64,000 nucleotides of DNA from Alistipes finegoldii (GCA_963621965.1 CAVFGN010000003.1:8107-72106); one strand, 5' to 3'. Counted from the stretch's first letter, positions 38,113 to 48,669 are shown. Program-made: numbers and translations. The notes: a model not told the origin generated them from the letters alone.

Positions 38113-39042
38113 TTACTCCTCCTCAAATTCATTATTATCATCATTTATTTTCTTTTTTTTACCAAAGATATTTTTACTAAATATGTGTTTAAAACTAAAT
38201 TTTTTATGTTCTTGTCTAATTTCACTTTCAAGTAATAATTGCTCGTTTTGAGGTTCTTCAGTCTTAGTTGTATCTTCTTTAAGTTCATCATATTGACGCT
38301 TGACTTCATCCTCTAAATCACTTACAAGTAAGTCTACATTAGAATCAATTTGACCTTCTTCGTTATATATTGACTTAGAATAAATCTTATAAGTTTCTTC
38401 ACCAACTACAGAAATTAAAACAATGCATAATTTCTTTGATACTATGTCCATAGCTTTATTCATTACAAATTTACGAACCCACCAAACTGGATTTACAACA
38501 TTTATAACTTTTTTAGCCGCATTTAATGCTTCATTAATTTTATATTTTTTAGTAGTTTTTATAACTTCATTTTTAGATATATCTTCTTTTACATCATAAA
38601 TACCAAGTACATAACTTACTTTGATTTTACGCAAAAAACGTAAGCCTTTATGATCTAGAATTTCATCCATTCTTTTTGATATATAAACACCTAACATTAA
38701 CAGTTCATCAACACTTATTTCACATAATGGATGTTTCGATTTAGGATAAAACTTTTTAGCAATTGCAATTACTAAATTCTTTGAAATATCATAACCATAA
38801 GAAAAGTAATTAGTATCGCCTCTTAATTTTTCATCTTTAAATTGAATTTTCGCATCTTCAATTAATTTTAAAATATCAGATTCCGATACATCACTCGCCT
38901 TAGTTTGTACAATAAATTTCTTTTGTTTCATTGTTGTTAAAACTAAAATCAAATAGATGAAAACTGCAAGGGTTAAGCCTATGCCGACACCAATTAAAAA
39001 ACTTATTAAGATAGAAAAATTGAATGTAAAACTTAGTATCAT
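38113..39042 (-). CDS. Hypothetical single-pass membrane protein
   Basis: Start set at MILSFTF, with AGGAGA upstream. One N-terminal TM, an acidic/lysine-rich C-terminus, and no recognisable motif. Ends 5 nt before ftsK. Confidence 0.4.
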   Translation of the reverse strand: MILSFTFNFSILISFLIGVGIGLTLAVFIYLILVLTTMKQKKFIVQTKASDVSESDILKLIEDAKIQFKDEKLRGDTNYFSYGYDISKNLVIAIAKKFYPKSKHPLCEISVDELLMLGVYISKRMDEILDHKGLRFLRKIKVSYVLGIYDVKEDISKNEVIKTTKKYKINEALNAAKKVINVVNPVWWVRKFVMNKAMDIVSKKLCIVLISVVGEETYKIYSKSIYNEEGQIDSNVDLLVSDLEDEVKRQYDELKEDTTKTEEPQNEQLLLESEIRQEHKKFSFKHIFSKNIFGKKKKINDDNNEFEEE

Positions 39043-39158
39043 AAGCTTATCTCCTATTACTAAATAATTATACATTATTTTTAATGTTTATTAAAGTTTA
39101 GAATATATGATTTTTTTGTAATTTTTTTATTAATTTTATAGTGTTTTAATAATAATTT

Positions 39159-39167
39159 TGTTATAAT
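39159..39167 (+). promoter_or_regulatory. Extended -10 element TGtTATAAT upstream of the Cof-type HAD gene
   Basis: Read directly. The -35 is weak (TAGTGT). Confidence 0.4.
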
Positions 39168-39189
39168 TTTTCTAAAAGGTGAGAAATAA

Positions 39190-39999
39190 ATGAAATTAAT
39201 TGTTATTGATTTGGATAATACATTGTTAAAAAGCGATGGATCTGTTAGCGAATACTCAAAAAAATGTTTACAAAAATATGAAGAATTAGGCTATTTAGTG
39301 GTTCTTGCAAGTCAAAAGAATTATGGTGAAATGAAGATAATTCATGACACACTTGGTCTTAAAAGTCCTATTATTTGCGAAGGTGGTAGTGAACTTTACT
39401 ACTTCAAGAGTGAGGTTGAGGATGTAGTTATGAGTATTGATATAAATGTATTACGTGATATATTTAGTGAAAACTACGATTATATTGTAAGTGCATTCTA
39501 TCATTATAAAACAAACTTATTTCTACATAAAAGAATGGATATAATTACACCATTATATGGGATAAATGCAACAACTAAAATTCATGAAAATGATTTTTTA
39601 GATATGGAATTATTGTATCCTAATATGATTTTTACAGTGATTGATAAGAAAAACAACGAAAAATTCTTAGAAAATTTAAGAAAATATAATGACTATATTG
39701 AATTAACCTCTCTTGGAGCTGATTTAGATTATGCACTTTATTATATAAACATTAAAAATGTAGATAAAAGTTATGCTACCATAGAAATAATGTTAAAATA
39801 TAATATATCAAAAGATGATTTAATTGCCGTAGGTGATTCTATAAAGGATGTAAAGCTTCTTAAAATGCACGGAGAAACTGTATGCATGATAAATGGAGAA
39901 AAAGAGGCTAAAGAAGCTAGCAAATATATATCAGAGTTTGATAATAATGCTGACGGAGCTGTTAAAGCTATTAACAAAATATTAAATATCAAGATTTAA
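39190..39999 (+). CDS. Cof-type HAD-IIB phosphatase
   Basis: IVIDLDNTLL (DxDxT) and GDSIKDV. The only + strand CDS to the right of dif. Confidence 0.7.
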   Translation: MKLIVIDLDNTLLKSDGSVSEYSKKCLQKYEELGYLVVLASQKNYGEMKIIHDTLGLKSPIICEGGSELYYFKSEVEDVVMSIDINVLRDIFSENYDYIVSAFYHYKTNLFLHKRMDIITPLYGINATTKIHENDFLDMELLYPNMIFTVIDKKNNEKFLENLRKYNDYIELTSLGADLDYALYYINIKNVDKSYATIEIMLKYNISKDDLIAVGDSIKDVKLLKMHGETVCMINGEKEAKEASKYISEFDNNADGAVKAINKILNIKI

Positions 40000-40029
40000 A
40001 AAAGGCTGAACTAAAAAGTTCAGCTTTTA
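39997..40029. terminator. Bidirectional terminator between convergent genes
   Basis: GCTGAAC-TAAAAA-GTTCAGC, flanked by an A-run and a T-run. Confidence 0.75.
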
Positions 40030-41790
40030 TTCATCTATTATTCCTGCTAATTTAAGTAAATAAATAGCATTTCTAGTTTGAGACACACCATCATGAATCT
40101 TATAATCAAATTTAATCTTATCGTCTTCATAATGTTCTAAGAAGTGATAATTTTTAACACCATCAATATTACACAATTCAGGATCATGTGTAGTTACAAT
40201 AGAGTAAATATTATCTTTGTTTAACTTTTCGATAGCCTTAGTTGCACCTATAATTCTATCTTTTGTATTAGTACCTTTAAATATTTCATCAACTAATACT
40301 AACATCGGTTTATTTTCTTTAGAATAATCACATATAGCTTTAATGCGTAATATCTCACCATAGAATGTAGAGATATTGTTATTAACATCATCAACTACTT
40401 TCATCGATGTAAATAGTTTTAAAATCGGAGCTTCAAAAGAATCAGCACACACAAAGGCACCTGCTAAAAATAAAACATAGTTAGTACCAATAGAACGCAT
40501 AAATGTAGTTTTACCAGACATATTTGATCCTGTAATTATATTTCTATCCTTAAATACAAACGAGTTAGGAATACATTTAGCGTCTTCTATCAATGGATGT
40601 TTAATATTAGTAAACTCAAACTTTGTGCTAATATCTGGTTTTGATGCAGTATCTCTTACAAGTTCTATAGTAGCTAATGATATTAGTGCCTCTATCTCAC
40701 CAATCGAATTTAGTGCTTCGTAAATCGAGTCTTTATGCTTTTTTTGCCAAACATTGTAAGCTAGTACAATGTAACTATCTATCATAAATAATCCATTAGA
40801 TAATATTTGAAACAATATATTCTTTCTTGATTCACTTATTGAAGAAATAAGATTAAAATGTTTAATTGTTTTACTTGATAAAGTTTTTACATTACTTGTT
40901 AAGTTATTTATGTATTCGTTCTTCGTTTCGTACTTGCTTATTTCGTCTATCAATTCATCATATCCATAAAGTACCTTTTTTGCGTTAGATAAATCATCAG
41001 ACAATGAACCTGCTTCACTATTTATAAACATAGAAGCAAAGAAGCCAACAAAAACAAAAGCAATTGGTAAATAAATACTTACTAATTTGAAACTTGCAAG
41101 TATAAATAATGTAACAAGTATTAAAAAATATACTATAGATATTCCCACTTTAGCAAAACTTGGTTTATATACATTATCTAAACTCTTAAGTCCTGTTTCA
41201 ATATTTTTCAATTTAATACTTGGATTGTTTTGTTTATACTCAAATGATGCGGCTACAATTTTTAGTGTAGAGTCAAAATTAGTTGCAAAATCACTAACCG
41301 CTTCTTGTTTCTTACTTAAAGTTTCTTTATCTATTAAGTTTGCTTCAAGAGAATCTGCAAGACTTTTTTTACCATAAACAGTTTTCGCTACTGTTAAATA
41401 ATTATAAAGACTAGCTTGTCCAAAAATATCAAGATCATTCTCAAAATATTGGCCTTGTACGAACTCATTATCTTCTTTTTCTTTTTTGTACTGCGAACTA
41501 AATCTAGCTAGGTAATGATTAACAGTTTCTTGCATATATCTATATTTTTTATCAATTCTTTTATATTTAGAAACAACAATAGTTAAATAAATCCATATTG
41601 CAAAAGTAACTATTAATAAAATTGTAAAAGGAACATAATTGTTCTTTTTAGATAACATTGTAATAAGAATTACAATAAAAGCTAGAATATCAACAATTCT
41701 TATGTTGATAAACTTATTCATAACTTTATTATTTTCTTCAATATTCTTATTAATTTCTTGTTTTTTTAAATTAAATTTATCAATTTTCAT
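40027..41790 (-). CDS. MutS-family (domain V) ABC-type ATPase with N-terminal and central TM segments; no mismatch-binding or Smr domain seen
   Basis: GSNMSGKTTFMRSIG (Walker A), LVLVDEIFKGTN (Walker B), TTHD. Hydrophobic stretches at about aa 35-75 and 215-260. Confidence 0.6.
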   Translation of the reverse strand: MKIDKFNLKKQEINKNIEENNKVMNKFINIRIVDILAFIVILITMLSKKNNYVPFTILLIVTFAIWIYLTIVVSKYKRIDKKYRYMQETVNHYLARFSSQYKKEKEDNEFVQGQYFENDLDIFGQASLYNYLTVAKTVYGKKSLADSLEANLIDKETLSKKQEAVSDFATNFDSTLKIVAASFEYKQNNPSIKLKNIETGLKSLDNVYKPSFAKVGISIVYFLILVTLFILASFKLVSIYLPIAFVFVGFFASMFINSEAGSLSDDLSNAKKVLYGYDELIDEISKYETKNEYINNLTSNVKTLSSKTIKHFNLISSISESRKNILFQILSNGLFMIDSYIVLAYNVWQKKHKDSIYEALNSIGEIEALISLATIELVRDTASKPDISTKFEFTNIKHPLIEDAKCIPNSFVFKDRNIITGSNMSGKTTFMRSIGTNYVLFLAGAFVCADSFEAPILKLFTSMKVVDDVNNNISTFYGEILRIKAICDYSKENKPMLVLVDEIFKGTNTKDRIIGATKAIEKLNKDNIYSIVTTHDPELCNIDGVKNYHFLEHYEDDKIKFDYKIHDGVSQTRNAIYLLKLAGIIDE

Positions 41791-42385
41791 AGAGTATTTT
41801 TTCTACCTCACTATTAATAAGTTCATAAGGATATCCTCTTTGAAGTAAGAATTTCTTAAGCTTATTAATATTTTTTTCGCTTTTTTGAATATCATTAATT
41901 CTTTTTAAAATTAATCTGTCTATTTCATTAATATATGTATTTTGATCAACATTAGACATTAAATTGCTAGAAATTTTAGAATCTATATTATTTTGATACA
42001 ACTTATGTTTTATGTAATATTCACCGTAACCTTGATAAATATAATAATCAATTAATCTTTTTGAATAATTTAAATCATCTATTAATTTAATTGATTCTAA
42101 CTGCTCAATTATTTTACTAGTAGTTATTTCATCTATTCCTTTTTTTGTTAAATAAAGTTCAAGCTTATATTTTGAGCAAGAAAATCGTTCTAAATATTTA
42201 ATAGCTAATTCATATGAAAAATAATAATTAGTGTCTTCTTGTATTTTAGAAAATTGATCTGTCGAAATTTCTAAACCTTTACGTAAATAATATTTAATAA
42301 TTGTATCTTCATTAGTTATAAATTTAAAGTTCTCAAAAACTAAAATATAATTCTTTTTTTCTTTTTTAATGTCTAAAATTTTCAT
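41780..42385 (-). CDS. recX: RecX-like regulatory protein
   Basis: Size and repeated three-helix pattern (YLERFSCSKYKLELYLTKKGI.., RLIDYYIYQGYGEYYIKHKLYQNNI..). Moderate confidence; the family is poorly conserved. Confidence 0.5.
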   Translation of the reverse strand: MKILDIKKEKKNYILVFENFKFITNEDTIIKYYLRKGLEISTDQFSKIQEDTNYYFSYELAIKYLERFSCSKYKLELYLTKKGIDEITTSKIIEQLESIKLIDDLNYSKRLIDYYIYQGYGEYYIKHKLYQNNIDSKISSNLMSNVDQNTYINEIDRLILKRINDIQKSEKNINKLKKFLLQRGYPYELINSEVEKILYEN

Positions 42386-43317
42386 TAAATATAATCTCCT
42401 ACTATTTCCTTTGTTTCACTAAAGAAAGTGAAAGCTTTAGGATCAAGGGTTTTAAGCGCATCACGTAAAATATAACATTGTCTTTTTTCAATTGTACAAA
42501 CAATCATTTTGTGTCCTAAGTTAGTATAACCACCAACACAATCTAAAATAGTTAATCCTCTATCAAAGTTTTTAAATATATAATCTTTTATAGGTTCAAC
42601 ATCATCTGTAATAATAAAGGCAGTTCTTCTCTTTCTTGCGTTAAGTGCAAGCACATCACAAACATATCCTGTTAAAAATACGGTTATGCAGCCATATACA
42701 ACCATTTCAACATTATATATGTGACTTTGAGTAATTTGAGTATCATTTAATTGGTATAAATTTAATACAAAGAATCCTGAAATTAATACGACAAACCAAT
42801 CAGTTAAATACATTGATTTAGAGTATGGAATATGTAGACGTTGTTGTAATATTTTTTGTAAAATATCCATACCACCTGTTGAGGAGTTAGCACGTAAGCA
42901 TATACCAATACCAAAAGCTGAAATTAAACCACCGACAATAGTTGTTATAATATACCAATTAGACACAGGAATTATTTGTAAAAAGTAATCAGATTTACAA
43001 TTCAGCAAAGAAAACATCATATTAAACGTTGGATCTAAAATACAAGCTAAAATTGTTTTTAAAAAGAAATCTTTACCAACAAACACAAATGCACAAACAA
43101 GTAATATAGCTTGAGCTATATACATAAATATATAATCTTTATACCATGACATTTTAGCTAATGGACTGTTATTAAAGATAATTGTAATACCTGAAACACC
43201 ACCACAAACCAAATTAGCAGGTTTAAAAAAGAAATAATACCCAAATGACATTAAAAATACGCCAATTGTAACGCATATTAAGTCTTTTATAATTGTTTTT
43301 TTAGACATGTTTTTCAC
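42385..43317 (-). CDS. YitT-family membrane protein (with DUF2179-like C-terminus)
   Basis: N-terminal GYYFFFKPANLVCGGVSGITIIF pattern and a soluble C-terminal ~80 aa. Confidence 0.6.
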   Translation of the reverse strand: MKNMSKKTIIKDLICVTIGVFLMSFGYYFFFKPANLVCGGVSGITIIFNNSPLAKMSWYKDYIFMYIAQAILLVCAFVFVGKDFFLKTILACILDPTFNMMFSLLNCKSDYFLQIIPVSNWYIITTIVGGLISAFGIGICLRANSSTGGMDILQKILQQRLHIPYSKSMYLTDWFVVLISGFFVLNLYQLNDTQITQSHIYNVEMVVYGCITVFLTGYVCDVLALNARKRRTAFIITDDVEPIKDYIFKNFDRGLTILDCVGGYTNLGHKMIVCTIEKRQCYILRDALKTLDPKAFTFFSETKEIVGDYI

Positions 43318-44404
43318 TCGCTTTCATAACTAAATATTGTCTTATGAAATTATCTATTTCACCATTCATTACATCATTTACAAAACTTGTTTCATAATTA
43401 GTTCTATGATCTTTTACCATCGTATATGGTGTAAATACATATGACCTAATTTGAGAACCAAAGCCGTTTTGTAATTGTTCACCTTTAATTTCTTTAAGAT
43501 TGAGTTCTTGTTTCAAAAGTTCAATTTCAAGTAATTTAGATTTTAAAACTGTCATCGCACTTTCTTTATTACGTAACTGACTACGTTCATTTTGACAAGT
43601 TACAACGATGTTTAGTGGTAAATATGTAATACGAACAGCTGAATATGTTGTATTTACGCCTTGTCCTCCATGACCTGAAGATAAATAAGTATCAATTCTT
43701 ATATCTTCATCTTTTATGACGATATCTAAATCGTTTTTGATTATGGGCGCAATATCAACTGAAGCAAATGTTGTGTGACGTCTTTTGTTTGAATCAAAAG
43801 GAGAAATTCGAACTAGTCTATGAACTCCTCTTTCTGATTTAAGCAAGCCATATGCATTTTTTCCTTTAAATTCAGCAGATATACTCTTAATACCAACCTC
43901 ACCTGCTTCATAAGATAGTATATTAATTTTTAAATTATGTTTTTTAGCGAAACTTTGATACATTTTAAACAACATATCAGCCCAGTCTAACGCTTCTGTT
44001 CCTCCTTGACCTGGATGGATATCTAAAATGACATTTGAATCATCATATTCTCCGTCCAATAATATAGTAGTTTCAAAATCTGAAATTTTACTATCAAGTT
44101 CAAGAATTTTTTCCTCAATTTCAGTATCTAGTCCCTCAATTTCACCAGATAATTCGATTAATTCGAGGATTTCTGTATTTAAATTCACGAGATCATTATA
44201 AGAATTTAACAAATTCTTCTTTGAATTTGACTCTCCAATAATTTTTTCTGCCTCTTTAGAATTATTCCATAAATTAGGATCATTTATTTTTTCTTCAAGT
44301 AGTTTTACTTCAGTTACTAAAGACTCATAATTTATACTAATTTTTAATTCAGATAACTTATTTTTAAATGTATCTAAATATTTATTAATTAAAAATTGTT
44401 CCAT
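43301..44404 (-). CDS. prfB: Peptide chain release factor 2, encoded in a single frame
   Basis: SPF tripeptide (VRISPFDSNKRRHT) and GGQ (SGHGGQGVN). The complete N-terminus is in frame. Confidence 0.9.
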   Translation of the reverse strand: MEQFLINKYLDTFKNKLSELKISINYESLVTEVKLLEEKINDPNLWNNSKEAEKIIGESNSKKNLLNSYNDLVNLNTEILELIELSGEIEGLDTEIEEKILELDSKISDFETTILLDGEYDDSNVILDIHPGQGGTEALDWADMLFKMYQSFAKKHNLKINILSYEAGEVGIKSISAEFKGKNAYGLLKSERGVHRLVRISPFDSNKRRHTTFASVDIAPIIKNDLDIVIKDEDIRIDTYLSSGHGGQGVNTTYSAVRITYLPLNIVVTCQNERSQLRNKESAMTVLKSKLLEIELLKQELNLKEIKGEQLQNGFGSQIRSYVFTPYTMVKDHRTNYETSFVNDVMNGEIDNFIRQYLVMKASEKHV

Positions 44405-44416
44405 ATCCTCACCTTT

Positions 44417-44440
44417 TAAAAAAAGGCTTTTACAAGCCTT
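44417..44440 (-). terminator. Intrinsic terminator after secA
   Basis: AAGGCUU-GUAA-AAGCCUU, then U7 on the minus strand. Confidence 0.75.
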
Positions 44441-44443
44441 AAA

Positions 44444-46966
44444 TTAATGTCTACCGTGACAATATTTGAATTTCTTTCCTGATCCACAAGGACATAGATC
44501 ATTCATACCAACGTTTTTGAATTCATTCTTTGCAGGACCTTGATGTAAGGAATCTGTATGAGTATCATTAGTTGAAGTACCTTTTAATCTATCTTCAGGC
44601 TCTTGATCACGTCTAATTTGTGCTCTTAGTAAGAACTTTAATACATCTTTATTAATATTTTCCATCATCTTATTGTATAGTTCAATGCCTTCACGTTGAT
44701 ACATTTGTAAAGGATTGTTTTGACCATAAGCTTGAAGAGAAACAGCTTGACGTAATTCATCCATCTTATCAATTTGTTCTGTCCAATGATCATCTAATAC
44801 TTTAAGTACAATAACACGTAGGAATTGTTGATAAATTTCTTCACCAAATACATTTCTCTTTTCGATAAGCATTTTTAATGCGATTTCTTGAAGATAAGAA
44901 ATAATTTGTCTTTCATCGTATGATTTAATTACTGCAAGATCACAAGCACCTTGTCCAAAATAAACAGTATTAAATTCTTTGCAAATTGCTTCATCATCGA
45001 TATCATACTTGTTATGACCAACCTCATCCATATGAGATAAACATACAAGTTCAACACCTTTTTTAATCATTTTAACTGCAGTGTCTTCTACTGATTTATC
45101 ACGAATTATATGCATTCTTTCTTCATAGAAAGCTTCACGTTGATGTCTAATAACATCATCATATTTTAAAACGTTTTTACGTGCATCATAGTTAGCGCCT
45201 TCAATTCTTGTTTGAGCATTTGTAACAAGTTTTGTAAATGTCTTAGATTCAAGCGGAATAGAAATATCGCCACCATTAGTTAATCTAATTGCAAAGTCAA
45301 GACGCTTTTTAAATACATCTCCACCGAAACGAATCATTAATTGATCTTCGCTTGATGTATAGAATCTAGTGTAACCAGGGTCACCTTGACGACCAGATCT
45401 ACCACGTAGCTGATTATCAATACGACGAGACTCATGGCGCTCAGTACCAAGAACGCATAAACCACCGACTTCAAGAACACCTTCACCAAGTTTAATATCT
45501 GTACCACGACCAGCCATGTTAGTAGCAATAGTAACTGCACCAAATTGACCAGCTTGTGCAACGATTTCAGCTTCACGTTCATTGTTTTTAGCATTTAATA
45601 CTTCGTGTTTAATGCCTTCAGCAGTTAAACGTTGTGATATAAGTTCACTTGTTTCAACCGCAACAGTACCAATTAGAATTGGTTGTCCTTTTGCATGACG
45701 TTCTTTTACTTCTTTGATTAAAGCGCTATATTTAGCATCGAGAGAACCAAATAATAAGTCTGGTGCATCAACTCTTATAATAGGTTTGTTTGTAGGAACT
45801 TCAACAACATACATGTTATAAATATCTCTAAATTCCTCTTCTTCAGTCTTAGCAGTACCTGTCATACCAGATAATTTTGAATACATTCTAAAGAAGTTTT
45901 GATATGTTATAGTAGCAACCGTAACAGTTTCTTGCTTTATTTCAACGCCTTCTTTAGCTTGGATAGCTTGGTGTAAACCTTCACTATATTGTCTTCCCTT
46001 TAAAATACGACCTGTAAAAGAATCGACAATTAAAACCTCTCCGTCTTGAACAACATATTCAACACCATTTTGGAAAATAAGGTTAGCTTTCATCGCATTA
46101 TCAATTCTATGAACTAAACCTACATTATTTGTATCGTATAAGTTATCTAAATGGAACATTTGTTCAGCTTTAACAACACCTGTTTCAAGTAATTGAACAG
46201 TTCTATGCTCAATGTCTATTTCATAATCTTCATCAGCTAATGATTTAACAAATTTATCAGCTTCTGTATATGCAACATTTCCAGTCTTACCACGACCTGA
46301 GATAATAAGTGGAGTACGAGCTTCATCGATTAAAATTGAGTCGACTTCATCGATAATTGCATAGTTTAGACCACGAAGATTAACTAGACCATCTTCACTT
46401 GTTGCCATATTGTCTCTTAAATAATCGAAACCAAGTTCTGAGTTTGTTGAATACATAACATCACAGTTATAAGCGTCACGCTTTTGTTCGTGAGTTAATT
46501 CGCGAATGTTTAAACCAACAGTTAAGCCTAACCAACGCATTAAGTTACCAATGTCTCCATTAGCTTCACGTCCTGCAAGGTATTCGTTAACAGTAACTAT
46601 ATGAACTCCTTTTTCTTCAAGTGCATTTAAATAAGCAGGTAAAACTCCAGTTAATGATTTACCTTCACCTGTCTTCATTTCCGCAATATTACCGCCATGA
46701 ATTGCAATACCACCACATACTTGTACGTAGAATGGCTTCATGTGTAATAAACGCCAAGCTGCTTCTCTAACTACAGCAAAAGCTTCAGGTAAAATATCAT
46801 CTAATGTCTTACCATTTTTTAACAATTCTTTAAAGTAAGGAGTTTTTGCTTTAAGTTCATCATCACTAAGTTTTGAGATTTCAGCCTCTAAAGCTAAAAC
46901 TTCATTTGCAATCTTTTGATCACGTTTTAATTCTTTTCTTCCAGTATCAAATAATTTCTTTAACAT
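44444..46966 (-). CDS. secA: Preprotein translocase ATPase SecA
   Basis: MKTGEGKSL, DEVDSILIDEARTPLIISG, TNMAGRGTDI. C-terminal zinc motif CPCGSGKKFKYCHG. Confidence 0.95.
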   Translation of the reverse strand: MLKKLFDTGRKELKRDQKIANEVLALEAEISKLSDDELKAKTPYFKELLKNGKTLDDILPEAFAVVREAAWRLLHMKPFYVQVCGGIAIHGGNIAEMKTGEGKSLTGVLPAYLNALEEKGVHIVTVNEYLAGREANGDIGNLMRWLGLTVGLNIRELTHEQKRDAYNCDVMYSTNSELGFDYLRDNMATSEDGLVNLRGLNYAIIDEVDSILIDEARTPLIISGRGKTGNVAYTEADKFVKSLADEDYEIDIEHRTVQLLETGVVKAEQMFHLDNLYDTNNVGLVHRIDNAMKANLIFQNGVEYVVQDGEVLIVDSFTGRILKGRQYSEGLHQAIQAKEGVEIKQETVTVATITYQNFFRMYSKLSGMTGTAKTEEEEFRDIYNMYVVEVPTNKPIIRVDAPDLLFGSLDAKYSALIKEVKERHAKGQPILIGTVAVETSELISQRLTAEGIKHEVLNAKNNEREAEIVAQAGQFGAVTIATNMAGRGTDIKLGEGVLEVGGLCVLGTERHESRRIDNQLRGRSGRQGDPGYTRFYTSSEDQLMIRFGGDVFKKRLDFAIRLTNGGDISIPLESKTFTKLVTNAQTRIEGANYDARKNVLKYDDVIRHQREAFYEERMHIIRDKSVEDTAVKMIKKGVELVCLSHMDEVGHNKYDIDDEAICKEFNTVYFGQGACDLAVIKSYDERQIISYLQEIALKMLIEKRNVFGEEIYQQFLRVIVLKVLDDHWTEQIDKMDELRQAVSLQAYGQNNPLQMYQREGIELYNKMMENINKDVLKFLLRAQIRRDQEPEDRLKGTSTNDTHTDSLHQGPAKNEFKNVGMNDLCPCGSGKKFKYCHGRH

Positions 46967-47051
46967 ACTTTACTCCAATATATAAAAACATTTTATAACT
47001 ATATTACTATAAAATGCATATTTATTCAATAATTGATATTATTTTACAAAG

Positions 47052-47075
47052 AAAAATCCCTTTATTTCTAAAGGA
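47052..47075 (-). terminator. Intrinsic terminator after the 478-aa orphan gene
   Basis: UCCUUUA-GAAA-UAAAGGGA, then U5 on the minus strand. Confidence 0.65.
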
Positions 47076-47086
47076 ATTTTCAAGTA

Positions 47087-48523
47087 TTAATTTTTCATAT
47101 CTTTATCCTTATTAATTTGATTATCAAGGATATTTTCTTTTTGATGAACTAGATTTATTTGTTTATCATTTTTTACTTCACGTACATCAATTTGTTTAAT
47201 AGCTTCATTTGTTTTTGCAAAATTCATACCATGGTCACGAACAACTTTATCAAGTCCATGAATTACGACGTTACTGTATTCGCTAAATACCTCTTTATTA
47301 GCTTCGTGAATTACATTTTGGTAATTGTTTAAATTTTTGATTCTCTTTCCTGTAAAGAAATTTATAACCTTATCCCAAAAACCAAATGTTTTTTCAAACT
47401 TTTCTTGATCATGATTTAAGTACATTGGTTTAACATTTGCACTAAACTCGTTTTGAGAAGAGTTAATCTGAATGTAGTCGATACGTGCATTCTTATTTAT
47501 CACATTATCTATAAATATTTTAGGACATACATTACCCAATTGGTAACCGTCTAAATTATTTCCTGCAAGTTCATGTAAACTATGACCATTTAATAAAATC
47601 AAATCATACCATTTAAGATCTAGTTTTTGAGCTGTTTTATATTCATTAGTTCCTGGTGGTAAAATTGACTCTAATACCACTCCTGTATAGAAAATATAAT
47701 CGCTTAAGGCACGCGCATCTTTTTTAGACATATTTGTATTTTTTTCGTTTTTTATAATTTTTGCATATTTATAAATTTCTTCTGTATCTATATCAACAAA
47801 AACTTTATCTTTATATTTACCACGGTTTAATTTATTTTTAGTTTGAAGTTCAATAGCTCTAACACCTACATTACCAGTTTTTTTTGCGGATGCATTTTTT
47901 GCACTAAAATCTTTAACTGCTGGGTATTTTAGAGTATCTATTTCAAATTTAGAAAAGTTTTCATAAATTTTTGAAGTACAGTAAGTACTACCTAATACAT
48001 CTTCATCATATTTTTGAAGTTCTTTTACACTCTTATTTTTTTCAAGTAATTCGATAAATTCGTCATGCTTTGTACCAAAGCATTGAGCTAAGCGGGCATA
48101 TGCGACGAAAAATTCAAGATCACGAGGTTTAGAAGAATCCATTTTATCAATATTTTCAATACCAAATTTTTGGAAGTCAAATAAATTTTTTAGTTCACGA
48201 CTTACATTCATTTCATATTCTTCTTTATTTTCAAAATTTAAAAATGCATCTATTAATTCATAAGATTTTGCCTTAAACTTAGTTTCAGTATCTAAGTTCA
48301 TAGTGTATGCATACATAAACATCATATCCGAAAAGTCTCTACAATCGATTGCTATTCCATTAATTGTAGGTTTTCTAGATGTAATATTGTGCTTATCTAA
48401 ATATTTACGAAGTACTTCTTCAAGCCAAGTAGATTCCTTTTCAATTTTAGCTAATACTTCATCAAAAACAACATCACTTTTTATATATTCGTTTTCATTT
48501 ACAATTTGAATTTCTTTTTCCAT
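47087..48523 (-). CDS. Hypothetical 478-aa soluble protein with no recognisable domain
   Basis: Long uninterrupted ORF with its own terminator. Inserted between hpf and secA. No motif I can assign. Confidence 0.5.
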   Translation of the reverse strand: MEKEIQIVNENEYIKSDVVFDEVLAKIEKESTWLEEVLRKYLDKHNITSRKPTINGIAIDCRDFSDMMFMYAYTMNLDTETKFKAKSYELIDAFLNFENKEEYEMNVSRELKNLFDFQKFGIENIDKMDSSKPRDLEFFVAYARLAQCFGTKHDEFIELLEKNKSVKELQKYDEDVLGSTYCTSKIYENFSKFEIDTLKYPAVKDFSAKNASAKKTGNVGVRAIELQTKNKLNRGKYKDKVFVDIDTEEIYKYAKIIKNEKNTNMSKKDARALSDYIFYTGVVLESILPPGTNEYKTAQKLDLKWYDLILLNGHSLHELAGNNLDGYQLGNVCPKIFIDNVINKNARIDYIQINSSQNEFSANVKPMYLNHDQEKFEKTFGFWDKVINFFTGKRIKNLNNYQNVIHEANKEVFSEYSNVVIHGLDKVVRDHGMNFAKTNEAIKQIDVREVKNDKQINLVHQKENILDNQINKDKDMKN

Positions 48524-48623
48524 AATATCACGTTCCTTTTTGTTATATTATTTTTAACACTCTTATTATAATATGCGATGTAGGACAAGATTATTCATTT
48601 AATTTTTTAATCAACTAAGTATA

Positions 48624-48656
48624 TAAAAAGGCTATAAAACCTAAATTCTATAGCCT
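48624..48656 (-). terminator. Intrinsic terminator after hpf
   Basis: 8-bp stem AGGCUAUA/UAUAGCCU with a 12-nt loop, followed by U5. Confidence 0.7.
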
Positions 48657-48669
48657 AATTATAAACTTA

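Noticed and set aside
43301-44404. The programmed +1 frameshift site usually found early in prfB.
   Set aside because: The entire RF2 N-terminus is in one frame, with no in-frame UGA near codon 25. There is no frameshift here. Noted only as the absence of a common feature.
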